Source of the DNA: an uncultured Actinomycetota bacterium | GTDB taxonomy: Bacteria; Actinomycetota; Actinomycetes; Actinomycetales; Dermatophilaceae | DNA length: 64,000 nucleotides | Assembly: GCA_963749585.1 (NCBI GenBank) | Contig: CAVVNI010000003.1 | Location: 550,695-614,694 of the forward strand | Direction of reading: 5' to 3' | Part shown: in pieces, positions 44,403 through 53,794 of the stretch | Layout of the letters: each line of letters opens with the position of its first letter | How positions within the stretch are numbered: the stretch's first letter is position 1 | Translations under genes and position numbers: made by a program | The notes under the pieces: generated by a model | The model's database searches: none | Seen by the model: the letters and a program-made list of their open reading frames with translations, nothing else | Told to the model about the DNA's origin: nothing

Positions 44403-45776
44403 ATGGCATACCTGTTGTACATGCCCGAGGTGGCCGCTGACTCAGCTGAGGCGGTCCTGCAGGACTGGGTCGTCGCCGAGAACACGGAGTTCTCGGCTGC
44501 GGAGACTCTCGCGACGGTCGAGACCGAGAAGGCGGTGATCGACGTCGAGGCCGAGTCGGCGGGCCTCATCGTGCGGAGGTTGGTCGAGGCAGGTGACTCG
44601 GTGATCCTGGGCGACCCCATTGCGCTGATCGCCGAGCCAGATGAACGGGTGGGCGACGTTGATGCGCTGCTGGTCAGTTTGGGTGCCAGAAACGGCGCCA
44701 CGCACGAGCAGGCCGCCACGCAAGAGCAGGGCGCTACGTCAGAGGAGACAACCGCGCAGGATGAGGCGACCGGGCAACCGGAGAGGGCGGCGAGCTCACC
44801 GGTGCCGACGGGCGAGGGTGAGGAGCGGGCCGAGACGCGGGCGAAGACTCAATCCCGGCTATTCATCAGTCCGCTCGCCCGCACCTTGGCCCGAGATGCC
44901 GGTCTCGACGCCGATCACGTCACCGGGACGGGACCCAAGGGCCGGATCCGCAAGCGGGACGTCGAGGCTGCCATCGCTGGTCGTGCCGAGCCGCAGGGCG
45001 GTCAGGCAGGGCGGGATCAGCCGGAAGGCGATCAGCCCAAGGGGTCGGCAGGGCAGCCATCGCAAGGCTCAGGAACCCAGCCAGAGGGCGTGCCGAACGG
45101 CTACACCGAGGTGCCGCATACGCGCATCCGTCGCGCGGTCGCCTCTCGCCTGTTACTCAGCAAGCAGACCGTCCCGCACTTCTACGTCAAGGGAACCGCC
45201 GATGTCGAGGCGCTGATGGCCCTGCGCGAGGGCATCAATGCCACCGGGCCGGTGCGTGTCTCCCTCAACGACCTACTGGTCAAGGCGGCCGGAGTGGCGC
45301 TGAGCCTCCACCCGGAGATGAACGTCACGTGGACCGAGGAGGCGGTTCGCGCCTACGAGAGTGTCTCTCTCTCGGTGGCGATCGCGAGTGAACGCGGATT
45401 GGTGGCCCCGGTCCTGCGAAATGTCGACACGATGAGGATCACCGAGATTTCGGCTGCAGTTCGGGATCTCGCCGAGCGTGCCAATGCCGGCACGCTGACA
45501 CAAGCCGAACTCGAGGGCGGGGCCTTCAGCCTCAGCAACCTGGGCATGTTGGGTACAGAGGAATTCACGGCCATCATCAACCCACCCCAAGCGGCCATTC
45601 TTGCGGTGGGGGCGATTCGCGAGGAACCAGTAGTCCGTCAGGGAAGAGTGGAAGTGTCGCAGGTGATCCACTTCGTCCTCTCCGTTGATCATCGCCCCGT
45701 AGATGGGGTGGTCGCCGCAAAGTGGATGCGGACCTTCCTGGGGATACTCGAGTCACCGTTGAGGATCCTTCTCTGA
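44403..45776 (+). CDS. Dihydrolipoamide acyltransferase (E2): one lipoyl domain, E1/E3-binding domain, catalytic domain
   Basis: Lipoyl block LATVETEKAVIDVEA; PSBD ISPLARTLARDAGLD...V.GTGPKGRI.K.DVE; catalytic SLSNLGM.G...F.AIINPPQAAILAVG and SVDHRPVDG. ATG 44403 is 1 nt after the E1 stop. Confidence 0.9.
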   Translation: MAYLLYMPEVAADSAEAVLQDWVVAENTEFSAAETLATVETEKAVIDVEAESAGLIVRRLVEAGDSVILGDPIALIAEPDERVGDVDALLVSLGARNGATHEQAATQEQGATSEETTAQDEATGQPERAASSPVPTGEGEERAETRAKTQSRLFISPLARTLARDAGLDADHVTGTGPKGRIRKRDVEAAIAGRAEPQGGQAGRDQPEGDQPKGSAGQPSQGSGTQPEGVPNGYTEVPHTRIRRAVASRLLLSKQTVPHFYVKGTADVEALMALREGINATGPVRVSLNDLLVKAAGVALSLHPEMNVTWTEEAVRAYESVSLSVAIASERGLVAPVLRNVDTMRITEISAAVRDLAERANAGTLTQAELEGGAFSLSNLGMLGTEEFTAIINPPQAAILAVGAIREEPVVRQGRVEVSQVIHFVLSVDHRPVDGVVAAKWMRTFLGILESPLRILL

Positions 45777-45914
45777 GCCCTGCCGCGCGCTGGCCACTGC
45801 GCTGGACACCTTGTGGCGGGCGTGCGATCGAGGCACGTCGACCTGGGGTCTGACGTCGGCGTGGTGCCACTGTAGTCAGCGATCGGCAGACCTGCTGTCT
45901 ACACTGGTCAGCGC

Positions 45915-45929
45915 GACAGACCGTCTGTC
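45915..45929. promoter_or_regulatory. Inverted repeat GACAGAC-c-GTCTGTC upstream of the XRE-cupin regulator (candidate operator)
   Basis: Perfect 7-bp arms, read directly, 26 nt upstream of ATG 45955. It overlaps TGTCcaGACA, and related CAGAC/GTCTA half-sites occur at about 45884-45899. A TACACT (-10-like) hexamer lies just upstream. Confidence 0.35.
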
Positions 45930-45954
45930 CAGACAAATATCCGGTAGGGCTGGT

Positions 45955-46647
45955 ATGAGTCTGACCAACACGACCCCTGAGTGGGTGGGGATCGGCACCC
46001 GGATTCGGGGGGCCCGCAAAGAGGCACGCCTCAGCGTGCGCGAACTTGCCCGACGGATGAGCGTTTCCCCGAGTCATGTCTCGCAGGTGGAGCGGGGCTT
46101 GGCCTCCTTCAGCGTGCGGGCGCTGTACAACGTCACGAACGTGCTGGATATCTCCATGGACAGCCTCTTTGAGGACGGTAAGGTCCCGGCCGAGGTGGCA
46201 TCCCCCCCAACTGCGAGTGGCCGGCAACCCGCTGAGGACGACCCGTTGGTGGATTCCCTCGTGGTGATGCGCGCTTCGCAGCGGCCCACCATCTCGCTGG
46301 AAGGCGACACTCGGTGGGAGCGGCTCACCCCGAAGCCGGAAATCGCAGCCGAGTTCATCGAAGTGATCTATGCACCTCATGCCGGCGGCACCCCCGTGGA
46401 CGAGTTCATTCGGCACTCCAGCCGGGAGTACGGCATCGTGATTCAAGGCTCGCTGAGTGTTCAAGTGGCCTTCGATCGGGCGGTGCTCAATCCCGGTGAT
46501 TCGATCGCCTTCGACTCATCCACTCCGCACCGATTCTGGAATGACACCGCCGAGGAAGTCCGTGCCATCTGGTTCATCTCGGATGGGCCAGATAGTGGCA
46601 AGACTCCAGAGTTGGGCACGGAGCCGCAGGGAGGCCGCCACTCCTGA
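45955..46647 (+). CDS. XRE-family HTH regulator with a C-terminal cupin domain (PuuR-like architecture)
   Basis: IG.RIRGARKEARLSVRELARRM.VSPSHVSQVERG (HTH_3), then a cupin part H...EYGIV..G.L.V.......L.PGDSI.FDS..PHRF.N. The start is at MSLTN (ATG 45955). Confidence 0.8.
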   Translation: MSLTNTTPEWVGIGTRIRGARKEARLSVRELARRMSVSPSHVSQVERGLASFSVRALYNVTNVLDISMDSLFEDGKVPAEVASPPTASGRQPAEDDPLVDSLVVMRASQRPTISLEGDTRWERLTPKPEIAAEFIEVIYAPHAGGTPVDEFIRHSSREYGIVIQGSLSVQVAFDRAVLNPGDSIAFDSSTPHRFWNDTAEEVRAIWFISDGPDSGKTPELGTEPQGGRHS

Positions 46648-46875
46648 CGGCAGCACCGGCCTGCTCTGGACACCCCGAGCGGATAGGCGCTCGCCCACCC
46701 GCTGGCAAACCAGGCCTCGATAGCCTCCATACACACGGGTAGTTCTGTCTGAGCACACATTTGCCACGAGATGCACCGGATTCCTTTACACCGTGTGCAC
46801 TGGGAGTGTACGTTTTCCCCGAGTATCCCAGAGGACACTGGCCTGCTGTGCAGGCGTCAACGCAAAGAGGCGTAC

Positions 46876-48408
46876 ATGACGAAGCAAGGCTCACCTGAGG
46901 CGCAGGGCACCGTCGTGATCGAGGCGACGTCCGTCGTCAAGCGTTTCGGCGGTGCGACAGCGGTTGATGACGTCAGCGTCCAAGTTCGCGCCGGGGAGAT
47001 CTACGGAATCGTCGGCGAGAACGGTGCCGGCAAGTCGACCCTCATGCGCATGCTGGCGGGGATACTGACCCCGACCGAGGGTGTTGTCACGGTGGACGGA
47101 CGTCCCCTCGAGGGTGGCGCCAAGGGGGCGATCGAGGCAGGAATCGCGTTGGTCCATCAGGAGCTGAGCCTGGTGCCAGAGATGACCAGCGCCGAAAACA
47201 TCATGCTCGGAGCCTTCCCGACGAGCTACGGATTCATTAAGTCCAAGGATCTGAGGAAGATCGCGAACGATGCGATCGAGGAGATCGGCGTGGGGGTCGA
47301 CCTCGACGAGCGAGTGGCCCGACTCTCCGTGGCGCTGCGCCAGTTCGTTGAGATCGCTCGCGCTGTCGCCCGCAAGCCCCGGGTGCTGATCCTCGATGAA
47401 CCCACCGCGACGTTGACTCCCGCTGAGACCGACTACCTGCTGGCGATGCTGCAGCGGCTCGCTGGGCGTGGGCTCGCCATTCTCTATATTTCGCACCGTC
47501 TCCCGGAAATCTTCACGATCTGCGATCGGGTCACGGTGCTGCGAGATGGGCGTCACATCAAGACGATGGACATCGGGGACACCACGCCAGACGACCTCGT
47601 CGACCAGATGGTCGGCGGCGAGCTCAAGGCAGATCTGCAGGTCCATCGAGACGTAGAACTAGGGGAGGTGGTCCTGGACGCGCGAGGTGTCCAGGCCCCA
47701 GGGGTGAACGACATCGATCTGCAGGTGCGGGCCGGTGAGATCGTTGGCCTCGGCGGGCTGGTCGGTGCCGGTCGCACCGAACTGGTGCGGGCGATTCTGG
47801 GTGTGGACCCTAGAACGGCAGGCGATGTCACGATCACGGTCGCAGGTGAGACGAAGAGAATCACCAGCTACCAAAGCGCCATAGACAGCGGTGCGGCATA
47901 CGTGCCAGAGGAGCGCAGGACCGACGGCCTGGCTCTGACCATGTCGGTCGTGGACAACATCACCCTGCCTAACCGAGGCAAGCTTTCCACCTACGGGGTA
48001 CTGATGCCGAAGCAGATCACCCCCTTCGCCCAAGAACTCTCAGAGTCTGTCGGCCTCAGACCGCCTAAAATCAAGAGCGCAGCGGGTGAATTCAGCGGGG
48101 GCAACCAGCAGAAGATCGTCATAGCGAAGTGGCTCGGTCGAGAGCCCGACCTGATCGTCCTTGATGAACCGACCAGGGGGGTGGATGTCGGCGCCAAGGC
48201 CGAGATTCACCGGCTCGTCCGTGAACTTGGTAGTCGTGGCACAGCGGTGTTGGTGGTGAGCTCCGACCTCGCAGAACTTCTCGACCTCTCTGATGTGGTC
48301 CACGTGATCAGGGACGGTCGGATCACGGGAACGCTGACCGCGGCGGAGGCAGACGAAAAGTCAGTCATGTTACTTGCGTCCGGAGGAACGTTGGTGGATA
48401 GCGCATGA
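46876..48408 (+). CDS. Sugar-type (CUT2) ABC transporter ATP-binding protein with duplicated NBD (RbsA/MglA-like)
   Basis: First NBD has GENGAGKSTLM..L.G and ILDEPTA.L. The second has a degenerate Walker A (GLGGLVGAGRTEL), FSGGNQQKIVIAKWL and LDEPTRGVDVGAK. 510 aa. Confidence 0.9.
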   Translation: MTKQGSPEAQGTVVIEATSVVKRFGGATAVDDVSVQVRAGEIYGIVGENGAGKSTLMRMLAGILTPTEGVVTVDGRPLEGGAKGAIEAGIALVHQELSLVPEMTSAENIMLGAFPTSYGFIKSKDLRKIANDAIEEIGVGVDLDERVARLSVALRQFVEIARAVARKPRVLILDEPTATLTPAETDYLLAMLQRLAGRGLAILYISHRLPEIFTICDRVTVLRDGRHIKTMDIGDTTPDDLVDQMVGGELKADLQVHRDVELGEVVLDARGVQAPGVNDIDLQVRAGEIVGLGGLVGAGRTELVRAILGVDPRTAGDVTITVAGETKRITSYQSAIDSGAAYVPEERRTDGLALTMSVVDNITLPNRGKLSTYGVLMPKQITPFAQELSESVGLRPPKIKSAAGEFSGGNQQKIVIAKWLGREPDLIVLDEPTRGVDVGAKAEIHRLVRELGSRGTAVLVVSSDLAELLDLSDVVHVIRDGRITGTLTAAEADEKSVMLLASGGTLVDSA

Positions 48409-49424
48409 GCAAAGTAGATACCGACCAAAGCGCCACTAAGACGCAGGCACCACCGGTTGAACGGGACCCTTCCGCACGAAATGCCGCGATTCTTGCCTGG
48501 GTCGCCGAGCGCGGCATCTTCTTCTTCACCATCGCTCTCATTCTGTTCGCAGTGTTCTTCGTCGACGGTTTTGCCTCGCTGGTCAACATCACCGACGTCT
48601 TTCACCGGGCTGCACCGATCGGTATCGTGGCGGTCGGCATGACCTTCGTGGTGATTTCGGGCAACTATCTGGACCTGTCCGTGGTGGCGCAAGTCGCTAC
48701 CTCCGCGGTGATCCTGATCGCGGTAAGCAACTCGTACGGGATTGTGGTCGCTGTCCCGGCCGCGCTTCTGGTCGCCTTGATCTATGGGGTTGTCAACGGC
48801 GCTGCGGTCGGATATTTCAAAGCCAACGCCGTCATCGTCACACTGTCGACGTCCTACATCGGTCTGGGACTCCTGCGCTGGCTGTCCGGCGGCAGCATCT
48901 TTTTCGGTCCATCAGATGGTGTCATCGCCACCATCGGGCAGGTCAAAGTCGGGCCCGTGCCGATCTCGGCCATCGTTCTGATCGCGATGGCCCTGCTGCT
49001 GGCCTTCGTGCTGGACCGGAGCAACTTCGGCTTCCTGATCCGTGCTTTCGGCTCGAACAACGAGGCGACTCGACTGAGTGGGGTGGCGACCCCGCGAGTG
49101 GTGCTCGGTGCCTTCTTGATAACTGCCCTTTCCGCCACGATCGCTGGGTTCGTGCTGGCTGCTTTCTCCAACACCGCCGTGTCGACGATGTCCGACGGTT
49201 TCGACTTCGGTGCGCTGGCGGCGATCATCATCGGCGGGACCAGCGTGTTCGGCGGCAAGGGAAGTGTGTTGAGGACACTGCTGGGGGTGGTGTTCGTCAG
49301 CGTGCTGACCAACGTCTTGGTCATATCAAACATCGGATTCGGCTGGCAACAGATGGCGATCGGGGCACTCATCGTCCTAGCGGTCGCTGTCGACTCCCTC
49401 GCCCGGAAGGGAACTAGGCGATGA
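48405..49424 (+). CDS. CUT2 ABC transporter permease (RbsC-like)
   Basis: About 10 TM helices; IDLSV......S.V........; GG.S..GG.G.V..T..G. ATGA overlap with the ATPase gene. Confidence 0.85.
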   Translation: MSKVDTDQSATKTQAPPVERDPSARNAAILAWVAERGIFFFTIALILFAVFFVDGFASLVNITDVFHRAAPIGIVAVGMTFVVISGNYLDLSVVAQVATSAVILIAVSNSYGIVVAVPAALLVALIYGVVNGAAVGYFKANAVIVTLSTSYIGLGLLRWLSGGSIFFGPSDGVIATIGQVKVGPVPISAIVLIAMALLLAFVLDRSNFGFLIRAFGSNNEATRLSGVATPRVVLGAFLITALSATIAGFVLAAFSNTAVSTMSDGFDFGALAAIIIGGTSVFGGKGSVLRTLLGVVFVSVLTNVLVISNIGFGWQQMAIGALIVLAVAVDSLARKGTRR

Positions 49425-50500
49425 CCAACCTCGACACTCTCGATCTGGCTCAAAGCGGCGCGGGCTCCAGCAAATGGCGTGCCTCCCTCGCCCGTCGAAC
49501 CGAGTGGCGGGCTGTCAGCCTTCTCGTGATCGTCGTGATCGTTGCCCTGGTGATGGAGCCATTGGTCTTCACCGCCTACGAAGTCACACTCGGGCGGGTG
49601 GCCTTGATCGGGTTGGTCGCACTCGGGTTGACGGCGGTCATCTTGATGGGCGAACTCGATCTGAGTGTGGCCAGCACGCTGGCCGTCTCCGGCGTGGTGA
49701 TGGCGAGCGTTCCGAACTTTACTCTTGGAATCCTCGCCGCGCTTGCCACCGGCCTCCTCATCGGCGTCGTGAACGCCTTCCTGGTAGTCAAAGTAGGCAT
49801 CAACTCCTTTATTGCGACCCTCGGCATGCTCTTCGTGTTGCGCGGTCTCGCGTTCGTGCTTTCCGACGAGAAGCCTGTTCGGCTGACCAACATCGAGGCG
49901 GGCATCGAGTTCGGGAGACCGCTGATTGGCCCGCTCACGCCACGCATCCTTCTGTTCGTCCTCGCTTTCGTAGCGCTGCAAGTCTTCGTCACCAGGGTGC
50001 GCGCGGGGCGTGAGTTTTTCGCGGTGGGCGGCAACCGTCAGGGTGCTCGCGACGCAGGTATCCCGGTGTCGCGACGCCTGTACACCGGCTTCATGATCTC
50101 GGGTTTCGTCGCTGCCCTGGCGGGTGTGATCAACACGATGGAACTGACTGCGGCAGACCCAACTGCAGGTTCCAGTGTCCTGTTGTCGAGTTTTGCTGCC
50201 GCGATCATCGGTGGTAGTGCCCTGACCGGCGGTCGGGGCTCGATCGTGGGAACTCTCATCGGGGCTCTATCGCTGGGAATCCTCGAGGTGGGGCTCACTT
50301 TGTCTGGTGTTCAGATCGACGTGCAGCAGATCTTCATCGGTGGTGTACTGCTCATCGCTGTTATCACCGATCCCGCGGGTCTACGAGCCGCCCGGGCAAA
50401 CCTCGTCGCGTCCCTCCAGAGCCGCCAAGCCAGCAGCCAGCCGGCTACACCGACTCACAACACGCCGCCAACTCACAACACGCCGCCACGGTCGCAATAG
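49421..50500 (+). CDS. Second CUT2 ABC transporter permease (RbsC-like), with a Thr/Pro-rich C-terminal tail
   Basis: GELDLSV.S..A........, IIGG.ALTGGRGSIVGTLIGAL. ATGA overlap. The tail reads ...ATPTHNTPPTHNTPPRSQ. Confidence 0.85.
   Translation: MTNLDTLDLAQSGAGSSKWRASLARRTEWRAVSLLVIVVIVALVMEPLVFTAYEVTLGRVALIGLVALGLTAVILMGELDLSVASTLAVSGVVMASVPNFTLGILAALATGLLIGVVNAFLVVKVGINSFIATLGMLFVLRGLAFVLSDEKPVRLTNIEAGIEFGRPLIGPLTPRILLFVLAFVALQVFVTRVRAGREFFAVGGNRQGARDAGIPVSRRLYTGFMISGFVAALAGVINTMELTAADPTAGSSVLLSSFAAAIIGGSALTGGRGSIVGTLIGALSLGILEVGLTLSGVQIDVQQIFIGGVLLIAVITDPAGLRAARANLVASLQSRQASSQPATPTHNTPPTHNTPPRSQ
50453..50488 (+). repeat. Perfect 18-bp tandem duplication (ACTCACAACACGCCGCCA x2) encoding THNTPP x2
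   Basis: Read directly at the 3' end of the second permease gene. Confidence 0.9.
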
Positions 50501-50533
50501 AAGTCACGGTCCCAGAGAAGAGGAAGACAAGCG

Positions 50534-51517
50534 ATGAGAACGCCCCGTTTCACCACCGGAGCCGTTGGCTTCCTGGCAGCAGTCAGCCTGATCTTGAGCG
50601 GCTGCGGCTCCTCCGACGACGACTCGGGTGGCGGCGAATTCTCGGTCTACGCGCTTCTGCCGCAGGGGACCGACCAGCCCTACGGAACGACGTACCTGCC
50701 ACCGATGAGAGAGGAGGCGGCGAAGAATGGAATCGACCTCACCATCACCAACGCTCAGTACGACGCAGACCAGCAGGCCAGCGACTGCACAGTGGCGGTT
50801 GCCTCTGAACCCGACCTCATCATCCTCTGGCCGGCCGTAGGCGACACTGCACTTCCATGTCTCGCCAAGGCCCAGTCGGCCGATATCCCGGTCACGATCA
50901 GCAACTCTGACGTGAATCCCGAAGACAAGGAGTACACCGCGGGATACTCCGGGCCGGACACCTATGGTCAGGGTGCCGCGTCGGCGGAGATGATGTGCGA
51001 GCTCGCAGATGGCGAGCCCACCAACATCATCATGGTGAACGGGCAAACCGGTAACTCCACGGCGATCAACCGCCGCGCGGGTTTCATGGAAACCATCGCG
51101 TCCGAGTGTCCCAACGTGACGATTCTGGCGGAGCAGCCCGGGAACTGGAATAAGGACGACTCCCAGACCGTCACATCCGAAATGCTCACATCCGTCGGGG
51201 CCGACAAGGTCGATGGGATCTTCGCCGCCGACGACACGATGATCGCTGGCGCTATTGCGGCTCTCAAGTCCCGCGGCATTGACCCTGAGCCGCTCCACAT
51301 CACCTCTATTGGCAACACGGAACTGGGCAACCCCCTGGTGAAGTCCGGCGAACTCGACGGGACCATCTTTCAGTCTTCTTCGTGGGATGGCCGCAATGCC
51401 ATTGTTATCGCGGACCAGGTCTTGAACGGTGAAACTGTGGAGGAGGACCTCTTCATGCCCTCGATCAAGGTCACCCAGGAGAACGCGGATGATCCCGAAG
51501 TCGCTCCTGAGTGGTGA
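50534..51517 (+). CDS. CUT2 ABC transporter substrate-binding lipoprotein (RbsB-like, periplasmic-binding-protein type I fold)
   Basis: Lipobox LILSGCGSS; alternating beta-alpha pattern with ...DLIILWP...., IPV...N......., G..A...M.......I....G..G......R..GF, GIFA.DD.M..GA..AL...G. Confidence 0.85.
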   Translation: MRTPRFTTGAVGFLAAVSLILSGCGSSDDDSGGGEFSVYALLPQGTDQPYGTTYLPPMREEAAKNGIDLTITNAQYDADQQASDCTVAVASEPDLIILWPAVGDTALPCLAKAQSADIPVTISNSDVNPEDKEYTAGYSGPDTYGQGAASAEMMCELADGEPTNIIMVNGQTGNSTAINRRAGFMETIASECPNVTILAEQPGNWNKDDSQTVTSEMLTSVGADKVDGIFAADDTMIAGAIAALKSRGIDPEPLHITSIGNTELGNPLVKSGELDGTIFQSSSWDGRNAIVIADQVLNGETVEEDLFMPSIKVTQENADDPEVAPEW

Positions 51518-51613
51518 CCGTGTTCACGCGATCCGAATCAACGGGGGTGCGGCACGGTGCCGTTCGTGCATCGGGCTGCGCCCCGTCCCGCCGATCCATA
51601 CTGGAGATCTGAC

Positions 51614-52900
51614 ATGGCCACGATCCTGGAAACCCCACCGCTGACGCCCGCGCTCGACTTTGGCGTGCGCAACATACCGGCTCCTGGCCACATGGGTGTC
51701 GACTACGAGGCGCGGGTCGATTTCGGCAGGCTACGTGACTACCGACTGGCTCGGGCCGTGGGGTCGTTGGAGGCCAGTGGGTGCGGGGCGTTCCTGCTCT
51801 TCGACTTCTACAACATCCGCTACTCCACGCAGACCTGGATTGGCGGCGCCCTGGGCGACAAGATGTCTCGCTACGCCCTCCTGACTCGCGACGCTCAGCC
51901 GCACCTGTGGGACTTCGGCTCAGCGGCGAAACACCACAGGCTCTATGCTCCGTGGCTGGAGCCGGATCGGTGTCGAGCCGGGATGCTCGGCTTACGTGGC
52001 GCGATCAGCCCCGAGGCGGGACTGATGAAGGATGCCGTCACCGACATCAAGGGCTTGCTGACTGATGCGGGAGTGGTGGATGAACCCGTCGGCGTGGACA
52101 TCGTCGAGCCTGCGTTCCTCTTCGAAATGCAGGCCCAGGGGCTGACGGTGGTCGATATCCAGCAACACATGTTGGACGCCCGCGCCATCAAGTCGGTCGA
52201 CGAGATCATGTTGTTGAGCCAGGCTGCGGCGATGGTCGACGGCGTGTACCAAGACATCGTTGAAGCACTGAAGCCGGGAGTGCGGGAGAACGACATCGTC
52301 GCGCTGGCCAATAAGCGGCTCTACGAGATGGGTTCGGACCAGGTCGAGGCGGTCAACGCCGTGTCAGGAGAGCGCTGCAACCCGCACCCACACAACTTCA
52401 CCGACCGCATTATCCGGCCGGGAGATCAGGCGTTCTTCGACATCATCCACTCCTTCAATGGCTACCGGACGTGCTACTACCGCACGTTCTCGGTGGGTTC
52501 ATCGACCCCACCGCAGCATGAGGCGTACACGCGCGCACGCGAGTGGATGGACGCGGCGATCGACAAGGTCGCCGACGGAGTAGGCACCGATGAAGTGGCT
52601 CAACTCTGGCCCAAGGCAACAGATCTCGGGTTCGCCAGCGAGATGGACGCATTCGGTCTGCAGTTCGGTCACGGGCTCGGTCTGGGTCTGCACGAGCGGC
52701 CGATCATCTCGCGTCTCAACAGCCTGACGAATCCGGTGGAGATCAAGAACGGCATGGTCTTCGCCCTCGAAACGTACTGCCCGGCATCCGACGGAGTCTC
52801 TGCGGCGCGGATCGAGGAGGAGGTCGTCGTGACCGAAAAGGGCGCCGAGGTTCTCACACGGTTCCCGGCCCAGACACTGTTTGTGGCAAACAAGTACTGA
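51614..52900 (+). CDS. M24-family (pita-bread fold) metallohydrolase with a creatinase-type N-domain; resembles creatinase, ectoine hydrolase and DddP-type enzymes more than a housekeeping aminopeptidase
   Basis: FLLFDFYNIRYST (compare DddP LLMFDPLNIRYAT as I recall it), AIKSVDEI.LL, PGDQAFFDI...FNGYR.CYYRTF, HGLGLGLHERP, NGMVFALET, ARIEEEVVVTE.G.E.LT.FP. The start is at MATILE (ATG 51614). Confidence 0.75.
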   Translation: MATILETPPLTPALDFGVRNIPAPGHMGVDYEARVDFGRLRDYRLARAVGSLEASGCGAFLLFDFYNIRYSTQTWIGGALGDKMSRYALLTRDAQPHLWDFGSAAKHHRLYAPWLEPDRCRAGMLGLRGAISPEAGLMKDAVTDIKGLLTDAGVVDEPVGVDIVEPAFLFEMQAQGLTVVDIQQHMLDARAIKSVDEIMLLSQAAAMVDGVYQDIVEALKPGVRENDIVALANKRLYEMGSDQVEAVNAVSGERCNPHPHNFTDRIIRPGDQAFFDIIHSFNGYRTCYYRTFSVGSSTPPQHEAYTRAREWMDAAIDKVADGVGTDEVAQLWPKATDLGFASEMDAFGLQFGHGLGLGLHERPIISRLNSLTNPVEIKNGMVFALETYCPASDGVSAARIEEEVVVTEKGAEVLTRFPAQTLFVANKY

Positions 52901-52932
52901 ACTACCCACTCCATGCACGGAAGGAACCTCAG

Positions 52933-53736
52933 ATGGACACCACCCGATTGGCTGGCAAGCACATTCTGATCACTGGAGCTGCGCAGGGCATGGGGGCCGC
53001 CGTCGCCCATGACTACGCGGCCCAGGGCGCGAAAGTCTGCCTCGGGGACGTCAACGTCGACGGAGCCGCCGAGAGCGCCGAAGAGATCCGGATGAGGGGT
53101 GGTGTCGCCACCTCGGTCAAGCTCGACGTCTCCAGTGAGGAAGACGCCGCCGCCGCTGTCGCCCACACCGTCGAGCAGTTCGGCAGCATCAACGTCCTGG
53201 TGAATAACGCCGGGATCAACAAGCCGCTGTTCTTCCTCGATATCACGCGCGACAACTGGCAACGCATCATGGACGTCAATGCCTGGGGAACGCTCAACTG
53301 TATGCAGGCTGCGGCCCGCCAAATGAAAGCACAGGGGAAGCAGGACTACCCCTACAAGATCATCAACGTCGGGTCGATCCTGTCCCGCGAAGTATTCGAC
53401 GACGTCGTGGTCTACTCGGCCTCGAAACACGCGGTGCTGGCGATGATCAAGGGTGGCGCGAAGTCGCTGATCGAACACAACATCACCGTCAACGGCTACG
53501 GTCCCGGTGTCGTACGCACCGAGCTGTGGGAGCAGTTGGACAAGGATCTGGTCGAGATCGGGAAGTTTTCCACGCCAGGTGAGTCGATGGACTCCCTCGC
53601 CGAAAACATGATTCTGATGAAGCGTTACTCCTACCCCGAGGACGTCGTGGGCACCGCGTCGTTCCTCGCAAGCGCGGATAGCGACTACATGACGGGTCAA
53701 CTCCTCATGATCGATGGAGGAATGGTCATGCAGTGA
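52933..53736 (+). CDS. Classical short-chain dehydrogenase/reductase (SDR)
   Basis: GKH.LITGAAQGMG (TGxxxGxG), NNAGI, catalytic YSASKHAV, PG.V.T, MTGQ.L.IDGG. Confidence 0.9.
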   Translation: MDTTRLAGKHILITGAAQGMGAAVAHDYAAQGAKVCLGDVNVDGAAESAEEIRMRGGVATSVKLDVSSEEDAAAAVAHTVEQFGSINVLVNNAGINKPLFFLDITRDNWQRIMDVNAWGTLNCMQAAARQMKAQGKQDYPYKIINVGSILSREVFDDVVVYSASKHAVLAMIKGGAKSLIEHNITVNGYGPGVVRTELWEQLDKDLVEIGKFSTPGESMDSLAENMILMKRYSYPEDVVGTASFLASADSDYMTGQLLMIDGGMVMQ

Positions 53737-53794
53737 GGCCCCAGGGGGCACTCACCTCAGCCGCCAGTCCCATCCTGGCTCACTCGTGAAAGGA

